Shown in pieces: positions 56,902 through 64,000 of a stretch of 64,000 nt of DNA. The stretch spans positions 1,568,001 through 1,632,000 of the forward strand of contig CAVXGK010000002.1 in NCBI GenBank assembly GCA_963761305.1. The letters run 5' to 3'. Origin of the DNA: an uncultured Gemmatimonadaceae bacterium (GTDB taxonomy: Bacteria > Gemmatimonadota > Gemmatimonadetes > Gemmatimonadales > Gemmatimonadaceae). A program made the position numbers and the translations under genes. How positions within the stretch are numbered: the stretch's first letter is position 1; each line of letters starts with the position of its first letter. The notes below the pieces were generated by a model. That model had not been told where the DNA came from. It saw nothing but the letters and a program-made list of their open reading frames with translations, and searched no databases.

Positions 56902-57504
56902 GTGGCGAAATACTTGGTCGCGGCTTCCATGGCGCTGTGCGCGGCGAGCACATCGTGTTGGTGGTATGCCGGTTCGAGCTTGCCGCCGCCACACCCCGTG
57001 CCGCCAAGCCCCGCGCCCGTCGCCACCCAAACACGCGGCCCGATCGCGCCCACCGGCGCGACGGCGAGCGCCAGCCTCCATGACTCGGTTGGCCGCCGCG
57101 TCGGCTTGGTCACGTTCAGCGAGACCTACGCCGGGCTGCTCGTTCACGGATGGGTGAGCGATCTGGGCCTGGGTACCCACGGAATCCACCTGCACGCCGT
57201 CGGCAAATGCGACGGGCCGAACTTCACGTCGGCCGGCGGTCACTTCAATCCAGAGCAACGCGCGCACGGATTCAAGAACCAGCATGGGCATCATCTCGGC
57301 GATTTGCCCAACATCGTGACGCCGGCGGCGGGCCGTCTCGACTTCGATTTCGTCATTCCGAACGTCACGCTGCACGGCATCAACCCGTTGCTCGACGCCG
57401 ATGGCGCGTCGGTCGTCGTGCACGCGTCGGCCGACGACTACATCACCGATCCCGCCGGCAATTCGGGCGCGCGCATCGCCTGCGGCGTGATCATCACCCC
57501 GTAG
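56902..57504 (+). CDS. sodC: Cu/Zn superoxide dismutase (exported)
   Basis: HGIHLH, SAGGHFNP, HG...HHLGDLPN, VVHASADD, GNSGARIACG. Confidence 0.93.
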   Translation: MAKYLVAASMALCAASTSCWWYAGSSLPPPHPVPPSPAPVATQTRGPIAPTGATASASLHDSVGRRVGLVTFSETYAGLLVHGWVSDLGLGTHGIHLHAVGKCDGPNFTSAGGHFNPEQRAHGFKNQHGHHLGDLPNIVTPAAGRLDFDFVIPNVTLHGINPLLDADGASVVVHASADDYITDPAGNSGARIACGVIITP

Positions 57505-57506
57505 CA

Positions 57507-58613
57507 ATGCAGATCGCGGACTTCACGCTCGAGCGCTACTTCGCTCGCTGGGAGTTCGCGGTCCGTCACGTGCTCTGCGCGTCGGACGTCGAAGCCTATC
57601 GTCTGCCCGAGTTGCTCGACCTGGCCGACCACGACGCGCGCCAACGCTGGGAATCGCTGAGCCTCGGCTACACCGAGTCGCTCGGGCTGCCCGTGCTGCG
57701 CGAGGAGATCGCGAAGCTCTATGACGGCGTCACCGCCGACGACGTCGTCACTTTCGCCGGCGCCGAGGAAGCGGTGTTTCTCACGATGCACGCGACGCTC
57801 GGCGCCGGCGACCATGCCGTGGTCGCGTGGCCGGCCTATCAATCGTTGTACGAAGTCGCTCGATCGATCGGCGCCGACGTGACGCTCGTTCCACTGAGTC
57901 CCGCCGATTGGTCCCTCGACGTCGACGCCGTCGCGGCGGCGATGCGGCCGACGACGCGCATCATCGTCGTCAATTCGCCGCACAGTCCGACGGGAGCACA
58001 GCTCGGCGCCGACCAGCTCGCACGACTGGCATCGATCGCCGAGTTGCACGGCGCGTGGCTTTTCTCGGACGAGGTGTATCGCTTTCTCGAACACGGCGCG
58101 CCGGCGCTGGCGCCCGCCGTTTCATTGTCGCCGCGCGCGTTGAGCGTCGGCGTGATGTCGAAGGCGTTCGGTTTGGCTGGCCTGCGCATCGGTTGGCTCG
58201 CGACGCGCGATGGGATGCTGCGAGCAAAGCTCGCGGCCCTCAAGGACTACACCACGATCTGCAACGCCGCGCCGAGTGAAGTCCTGTCGCTCGTCGCGCT
58301 GCGGGCGCGCGAGCGCGTGCTGGCACGCGCGCGCGGCATAATCGCCGCGAATCTCTCTCTCCTCGACGCGTTTTTCGCCGAACACTCCGACCGGCTGTCG
58401 TGGATTCGTCCTCGCGCCGGAAGCGTCTGCTTTCCTCGCCTCGCCGGCGGCTCCGTCGACGACTTTGCTTCGACGCTCGTCCAGCGCGAGGGGGTTTTGC
58501 TCCTGCCCGCGTCGCAGTTCGGCTATCCCGGGAACAACTTCCGGCTGGGCTATGGACGCACCGACATGCCGCAGGCGCTCGAAGGGCTGGCGCGCCACCT
58601 TCGCGCCGGCTGA
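57507..58613 (+). CDS. Class I/II PLP-dependent aminotransferase
   Basis: FTLERYF, LGYTES.G, NSPHSPTG, SDEVYR, GVMSKAFGLAGLRIGW. Confidence 0.92.
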   Translation: MQIADFTLERYFARWEFAVRHVLCASDVEAYRLPELLDLADHDARQRWESLSLGYTESLGLPVLREEIAKLYDGVTADDVVTFAGAEEAVFLTMHATLGAGDHAVVAWPAYQSLYEVARSIGADVTLVPLSPADWSLDVDAVAAAMRPTTRIIVVNSPHSPTGAQLGADQLARLASIAELHGAWLFSDEVYRFLEHGAPALAPAVSLSPRALSVGVMSKAFGLAGLRIGWLATRDGMLRAKLAALKDYTTICNAAPSEVLSLVALRARERVLARARGIIAANLSLLDAFFAEHSDRLSWIRPRAGSVCFPRLAGGSVDDFASTLVQREGVLLLPASQFGYPGNNFRLGYGRTDMPQALEGLARHLRAG

Positions 58614-58679
58614 GTCCCGGTCAAACCTTCGCGCCACCGCCGCTGTCTGAGCCGGCAAGCCCACCAACCGGTTCTCCTC

Positions 58680-59744
58680 ATGAAAAACGTCGGTTCCTCC
58701 TTTCGCGCGATCGCAGTCGGCGTCCTCGCGGTGTTCACGCCGGTCGCGGCGCATGCGCAGGCCGAGCATCGCGCGCTCTCGGGCGAGCGCGTGGCGGTCT
58801 ACAACCTCGCCGGCCACGTTCGGGTGCAAGCGGCGACCGGAACGCAGGTGACCGTCGACATTACGCGCGGCGGCCGCGACGCGAGCAAGTTGCGCATCGA
58901 GTCGGGCGAGGTTCGCGGCTGGAGCGCGCTGCGCGTCGTGTACCCGTCCAATCGAATCGTCTATCCGGACTGGCAGTCTCGCGGCCGCACGCAGATGCAC
59001 GTCAACTCCGACGGCACGTTCGACGACGACGACCGCGGCTCGTACGATCAGGACCGCGTCGAGATCCGCAGTTCCGGCGACGGCCTCGACGCGCACGCCG
59101 ACATCACCGTCGGCGTACCGAAGGGCCAGCGCGTTGCCGTGCACTGGGGCGTGGGCGACGCGACCGTCTCCAACGTCGACGGCGACCTGCGCGTGAGCGT
59201 CGCCGCGGCGACGGTGACGTCGGAGCACACGCGCGGCCGGTTGGCGCTCGAGACCGGCTCGGGAACCGTGTCGGTCACCGACGCGCAGGGCGAGGTGAAG
59301 CTGGACACCGGCTCGGGCGGCGTGACGATCGACGGCGTGCACGGCGAGACGCTCGACATCGACACCGGGTCGGGGTCGGTCCGCGGCAAGGACGTCGATA
59401 CGAAAATGCTCAAGATCGACGTCGGATCAGGAGGTATGTCTCTCGATCGGGTCAGCGCGACGCGTGTCACGGTCGACGCCGGCAGCGGTCGGACGGAGCT
59501 CGGCTTCCTTCAGCCGGTCGAGGATCTGGCGGTCGACGCCGGCTCGGGCGGTGTGACGATCCGTCTTCCCGGCACGCAGGGCGCCGAGGTCGACATCGTG
59601 ACGGGCAGCGGCGGCATCGACACCGACTTCGCGGTCCAGACCACGCGTCTGTCGCGAGACCGTCTGCACGGGCAGATCGGCGACGGAAAGGCACGCATCA
59701 AGATCGAGAGCGGGTCCGGAGGAGTCCGGCTGCTCAAGAACTGA
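58680..59744 (+). CDS. Secreted DUF4097-type beta-strand repeat protein
   Basis: Signal peptide; repeated (D/E)TGSG.V units. Confidence 0.85.
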   Translation: MKNVGSSFRAIAVGVLAVFTPVAAHAQAEHRALSGERVAVYNLAGHVRVQAATGTQVTVDITRGGRDASKLRIESGEVRGWSALRVVYPSNRIVYPDWQSRGRTQMHVNSDGTFDDDDRGSYDQDRVEIRSSGDGLDAHADITVGVPKGQRVAVHWGVGDATVSNVDGDLRVSVAAATVTSEHTRGRLALETGSGTVSVTDAQGEVKLDTGSGGVTIDGVHGETLDIDTGSGSVRGKDVDTKMLKIDVGSGGMSLDRVSATRVTVDAGSGRTELGFLQPVEDLAVDAGSGGVTIRLPGTQGAEVDIVTGSGGIDTDFAVQTTRLSRDRLHGQIGDGKARIKIESGSGGVRLLKN

Positions 59745-62700
59745 GGTCGCCGATTCCCGCTTCGCGCGCGCGGTCGGCCAGCTCGCCGCGCGACTCGACG
59801 CCCAGCTTGGTGAAGATGTTCGACAGGTGTGTGCTCGCCGTGCGCGCCGAGATGCCGAGCGCGGCGCCGATCTCCTTGTTGGATCGGCGCGCCGCGACGA
59901 GCCGCACGATCTCGACCTCGCGTCCGGTGAGACCGGCCATTCCCTGCGTGAGGCTGCGCGCCGGCGGCCGAGCGCCGAGCTCGCGCAATTGCTCGCGCGT
60001 CTCGTTCAATTCCGTCTCGGCGCCGAGGCGCGCGAACACCTCGTGTGCGCGCCGCAGCTCGCGCGTCGCACCCTCGCGATCGCCCGTTCTCGACAACGCG
60101 ATCGCGAGCTGTCGCCGCAGACGCGCCGCGTCGGCCACGTAGGGAATCGCCTCGAGCGCCTCCGTGGCACCGCGCAACAGCGTGATCGCGCGCTCGGCGT
60201 CGCCGACGAGCAACTCGCTTATCGCATCGCACGCGTCGGCCCACGCCATTCCGAGGCGCTGGCCCAGCGCCGCCGACTGACGGCGCATACGCGCAGCGAT
60301 CGCTCGGGCACGTTCATGATCCGCGGCCCACAGCGCCGATTCGGCGATGATCGGCATGAGACGATGAATCGCCCATACGACGTAGCCGGATCGGTCGGCG
60401 ATTTCGAGTCCGCGCTCGCCGACTTCGATCGCCTCCGCGTACTGTTTCATCGCGAGGTGATAGCCGGCTTTGCCGATGTGCGCCGGGACGGTTCCGTACA
60501 CGTCGCGTCCGGGCGCCGTGGGGTCGGCGGCGCCGGAAAGCTCCCACGCTTCCTCGACGCACTGGCGTCCGCGCTCGATGTCGCCGCGACCGAAATGCAG
60601 AAGGCCGAGCCACACGAGAAGCCGCGGAATCAGCGTGCGCTGTCCGAGCGCACGCGCCAGCGCGATCGTTCGCTCGGCGAGCGAGAGCGCGTGCTCCCAC
60701 TCACCGATGCCCGCCCCGTACTCGACTTCGATCTCCGCGGTCCAGACGCGGAACAGCGGAGAACGCGCCTCGTCGGCGAGTCGCTGCGCCTCGGCGAGGT
60801 GTAGCCGAACTTCCTCGGCATTGCCCGTGAGGCCGCCGAGCATCGCCAACGCCCAGTGCGCCGACCAGGCGACGCCGCGGCTCCGTCCGTTCGTTCCCTC
60901 GGCGATCTCGATGGCACGCGCGCCATTCTCGCGAGCCTTGTCCGCCGGACCGGTCCACAGGTACAGCAGCAACAGCGCGCGGTGCGCGCGCGCGAGCAAC
61001 CCCGGCTCGTTCTCGCCGTTCGCGATCGCGACCGCCGATTCGATGTCTCGCGCCGCCTCCTCGGGCCGGCCGAGCGCCTGCAGGCAGCTCGCTTTCGGCA
61101 GCAGGACGCGGGCTTCGAGCGAACGCTCTCCGGCGCGACGCGCCGCGTCGATCGCGGCGTCGAAGTGCGCGAGCGCGTCTTCGAACGCGCCGCCCCAATA
61201 TCGAACCAGGCCGATGCTTCGCTCGATCGAGCCGACCTTCGCGAAATCGCCGTGCGATCTCGCGGTCGCCAACGCGCGCGCCCAGAGGGAGAGCGCAACG
61301 TCGTAGTCGCCCATCCGCTGGCGCACGCGGGCCAGATCGAGCACCACCTCATCCACGTCGGCGCCGGTCGCGTCGTCACCGGCCGCGAGCTCGAGCGCCG
61401 ACGTGAGATAGTCGGCTGCCTCGCGGTTGGCGTGTTTCGCCGACGCGTCGCGCCCGGCCGCGCGCAGATACTGCACTGCCTTTTCGGCGAGCTGTCGTGC
61501 GTCCGTTCGCGCGTAGTGAAACGCGAGACGCCCGGCGTGCGCCATCGCGCGATCGCCGTACAGTCGCTCGAGTTTCTCGGCGATCGCGCCGTGCAGCGAG
61601 CGCGTTCGCGCCAATCCGATTTCCGAGTACAGCGTCTCCTGAAAAAGCGGATGCGAGAAGTCGTAGACGATGTCGTCGTCGCGGTGACGCTCGGCGAGGA
61701 CGTCGGCCGTGCGCAACTCGTCGATCGCGATGATGAGCGCCTCGGGCTCGAATTCGCTCACCGCCGCCAATTCGGCGTGCGTCGCCTCGGCGCCGATCAC
61801 GGCAGCCACGTCGGCAAGTCGACGCGCGTCGCTCGACAGATCGGCAAGCCTCGCGACCACCGCCTCACGGATCGTGGCCGGCACATGGAGATCTTCGACG
61901 TCCCACCCACTCCACGTGCCGTACACCTCGCGCAGCTGCCCGCTTTGCACGAGCGAGATGACCGTTTCGTCGATGAAGAACGCGTTGCCGCCCGTCCAGC
62001 GATGCAGCCGCTCGGCGAGAGGCGCGACGCGAGCCCGCTCCGCGCCAAATCGTTGCTCGAGCAACGCGACGACGTCCTCCACGCCGAGCGGCTGTAGTCG
62101 GAGGCGCTGCGCGCCTTTGAGGCCGCGCAAGGAGCGCTCGGTGTTGCGGAGCGCCGCGTTGCCGCGCAAGTCGGGGTCGTTGTGGGTGCCGACCAGGAGC
62201 AGACGTTCGCCGCCGATCTGCCTGGCCACGAAGTGCAGCAGCTCCAGCGACGCGCTGTCGGCCCACTGGAGATTCTCGAGCACGAGCAGCAACGGCTTCT
62301 TGGCGGAGAGCCGAGACAGCAGCTGCGTAAAATTCCAGAGCACCCGCGCCTTGAGCTCGGCGGGATCGCCGCGCGCCGGCGACACGGGTCGATCCGCGCT
62401 CCCCAGCGTCGGAAACAACTGTGCGAGTTCGGCCGTTCCGCCCCGCGTGAGTAGAGTCAGCACCGAGGGTTCGATGGTTCGCAGAAGCGGCATGAGTGCG
62501 TCGGAGAACACGGCGTACGGGATGCCGGTCTCGACCGGATAGGCCCGGCCGACCGCGACGGTGAATCCGCGCCGCGACGCTTGCTCGCTGAGCGCCTCGA
62601 CGAGACGCGTCTTGCCGATTCCGCTCTCGCCGACCACGAAGACCGTCGAACCAGTGCCGGCGTCGGCAGCCGCAACCGCGGCGACGAGCACGTTGAGCTC

Positions 62701-62790
62701 AGTCGCACGGCCGACGAGCGTTGGACGGGAGGTGACTTGAGCGGCGGGCGCTGGCGACGGCGGCCGACGGGTGGGCGTTGACACGCCCAA
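59734..62790 (-). CDS. LuxR-family large ATP-binding regulator (AAA/STAND + TPR + LuxR HTH)
   Basis: LVGRATEL, GESGIGKTRL, LENLQWAD, TGGNAFFI, C-terminal LTGREVEIVRLVA...SNKEIGAALGISARTASTHLSNIFTKLGV; start may be GTG 62784. Confidence 0.93.
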   Translation of the reverse strand: MGVSTPTRRPPSPAPAAQVTSRPTLVGRATELNVLVAAVAAADAGTGSTVFVVGESGIGKTRLVEALSEQASRRGFTVAVGRAYPVETGIPYAVFSDALMPLLRTIEPSVLTLLTRGGTAELAQLFPTLGSADRPVSPARGDPAELKARVLWNFTQLLSRLSAKKPLLLVLENLQWADSASLELLHFVARQIGGERLLLVGTHNDPDLRGNAALRNTERSLRGLKGAQRLRLQPLGVEDVVALLEQRFGAERARVAPLAERLHRWTGGNAFFIDETVISLVQSGQLREVYGTWSGWDVEDLHVPATIREAVVARLADLSSDARRLADVAAVIGAEATHAELAAVSEFEPEALIIAIDELRTADVLAERHRDDDIVYDFSHPLFQETLYSEIGLARTRSLHGAIAEKLERLYGDRAMAHAGRLAFHYARTDARQLAEKAVQYLRAAGRDASAKHANREAADYLTSALELAAGDDATGADVDEVVLDLARVRQRMGDYDVALSLWARALATARSHGDFAKVGSIERSIGLVRYWGGAFEDALAHFDAAIDAARRAGERSLEARVLLPKASCLQALGRPEEAARDIESAVAIANGENEPGLLARAHRALLLLYLWTGPADKARENGARAIEIAEGTNGRSRGVAWSAHWALAMLGGLTGNAEEVRLHLAEAQRLADEARSPLFRVWTAEIEVEYGAGIGEWEHALSLAERTIALARALGQRTLIPRLLVWLGLLHFGRGDIERGRQCVEEAWELSGAADPTAPGRDVYGTVPAHIGKAGYHLAMKQYAEAIEVGERGLEIADRSGYVVWAIHRLMPIIAESALWAADHERARAIAARMRRQSAALGQRLGMAWADACDAISELLVGDAERAITLLRGATEALEAIPYVADAARLRRQLAIALSRTGDREGATRELRRAHEVFARLGAETELNETREQLRELGARPPARSLTQGMAGLTGREVEIVRLVAARRSNKEIGAALGISARTASTHLSNIFTKLGVESRGELADRAREAGIGDLSS

Positions 62791-62832
62791 GAATCTCTTA
62801 TGAGTAGCGGCGGGCGGCTAGATCGCCGGCCG

Positions 62833-63576
62833 TCAACTCGCGGCTTGCGCCGGGACCCCGCCGAAGCGCCGCTCCCGTCCCGCGAATTCGCGCAGCGCGT
62901 GGAGCAATTCCGCCTCGTTGAATTCGGGCCACATGTGGTCGGTGAAATACAGCTCCGCGTAGGCGCACTCCCAGAGCATGAAATCGCTCAGACGCTGCTC
63001 GCCGCCGGTGCGGATGAGGAGGTCGATGTCGCCCGTCTGGAACGTGTCGTGATTCACCTCGGCCAGGAGGCGATCGAACGAAGCTGCATCGAGAGACGCG
63101 CCGTTGGCGCGCGCCGCGGCGCGCAGGATCGACTCTCGCGCGGAATAGTCGACCGCCACTCGCAGATGCAGATTGGGACCGGCCGCCGTCGCCAGCTCCG
63201 CGTCGCGGATCGCCGCCACCAACGCCGCCGGCAGACGATCCCGCCGGCCGACGACCGAGAGGCGAACACCGTTGTCGATGCAACGCCTCGACTCGATGGC
63301 GAGCGAGCGTCGCAGCAACCGCATGAGCGTCGAGACCTCGGCGGACGGCCGCCGCCAGTTGTCCGACGAGAACGCGTAGAGCGTCAGCGTTCCGACGCCG
63401 GCACGGGCGGCAGCTTCGACGATGTCGCGCGCCACGCGGACGCCGGCCCGGTGTCCGGCCGTGCGAGGCATGCCACGAGCGCCGGCCCACCGGCCGTTGC
63501 CGTCCATGATGATGCCGACGTGAATCCCCCTGCACTCGTCGGGGAGCCCCGTGGGAGCCGTGGTCGATCGCTTCAT
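62833..63576 (-). CDS. uppS: cis-prenyltransferase (undecaprenyl/decaprenyl diphosphate synthase family)
   Basis: HVGIIMDGNGRWA, YAFSSDNWRRP, DLLIRTGGEQRLSDFMLWE, RERRFGG. Confidence 0.93.
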   Translation of the reverse strand: MKRSTTAPTGLPDECRGIHVGIIMDGNGRWAGARGMPRTAGHRAGVRVARDIVEAAARAGVGTLTLYAFSSDNWRRPSAEVSTLMRLLRRSLAIESRRCIDNGVRLSVVGRRDRLPAALVAAIRDAELATAAGPNLHLRVAVDYSARESILRAAARANGASLDAASFDRLLAEVNHDTFQTGDIDLLIRTGGEQRLSDFMLWECAYAELYFTDHMWPEFNEAELLHALREFAGRERRFGGVPAQAAS

Positions 63577-63609
63577 GTCTAGAGGGAGACGATTGAAAGT
63601 CTCGGACGT

Positions 63610-63999
63610 TTACCGGTCGCGCGTGAGCCTGATTAAGGCTTCCATGTGGTCCAGGTAGCGCTCGAGCGCCTTACGGCCAACCGGCGTGATCGCGTAGCGC
63701 GTCCGCGGAACCCGGCCCTCGAACGACTTGGTGCACGTGATGTAGTTGGCTTCCTCGAGCTTGCGCGCGTGGACGCTCAGATTCCCATCGGTTGTCCGAT
63801 TGAGCTTCTTGAGGTCATTGAACGTGAGGCTCTCGTTCACGGCGAGCGCGCTCACGATCCCGAGGCGCAGACGCTCGTGGATCAATCGGTCCAGCGCCAA
63901 CGGCCCTTGATCGGTCGCTTTGCCGCGGACCGGCGCCAACTGCGGCTTTTTTTCCGCCGGCTCTGCACGACTAGTGCCCTTCCGCTGCGCCTTAGCCAC
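63610..63999 (-). CDS. Winged-helix transcriptional regulator (HTH_34-type)
   Basis: LDRLIHERLRLGIVSAL...TDGNLSVHARKLEEANYI...F.GRVPRTRY.IT..GR. Confidence 0.9.
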   Translation of the reverse strand: MAKAQRKGTSRAEPAEKKPQLAPVRGKATDQGPLALDRLIHERLRLGIVSALAVNESLTFNDLKKLNRTTDGNLSVHARKLEEANYITCTKSFEGRVPRTRYAITPVGRKALERYLDHMEALIRLTRDR

Positions 64000-64000
64000 C

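Noticed and set aside
48429..64000. Prophage or integrative element at tRNA-Asn
   Set aside because: No integrase, no duplicated tRNA 3' end was noticed, and the downstream genes are housekeeping.

Overview
High-GC bacterial chromosomal segment. Gene content, low-complexity GGRGG inserts and promoter style suggest Gemmatimonadota (inference). From left to right: a BlaI/BlaR1(M56) pair in front of a truncated TonB-receptor-like gene; GH29 fucosidase and PPK2; a frameshifted RARMxKTGE-type gene with a strongly structured, possibly pseudoknotted 5' leader; and a secreted HExxH protease. A ~18 kb probable metal-homeostasis island (9969-28165) follows. It holds a His-rich mini-protein, a His-helix lipoprotein and OM barrel, a LytS/LytTR two-component system, two paralogous TonB-dependent receptors, a CxxC/RAPP leader peptide and CzcCBA-type efflux. 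Inside this island is an unexplained cassette: a ~650 bp 21/42-bp-period hairpin repeat array directly upstream of an uncharacterised all-alpha protein. The rest is mostly housekeeping: maeB, pckA, HD hydrolase, S2P protease, S9 peptidase, PP2C/FHA, ABC exporter, uvrA, tRNA-Asn, a TMTC-like glycosyltransferase, purE/purK, sodC, an aminotransferase, a LAL regulator and uppS. The three best candidates for new biology are the array plus helical-protein cassette, the pseudoknot leader RNA, and a LytTR regulon with four promoters of matching geometry read directly from the DNA. All functional calls come from motif recognition by eye; no searches were run.
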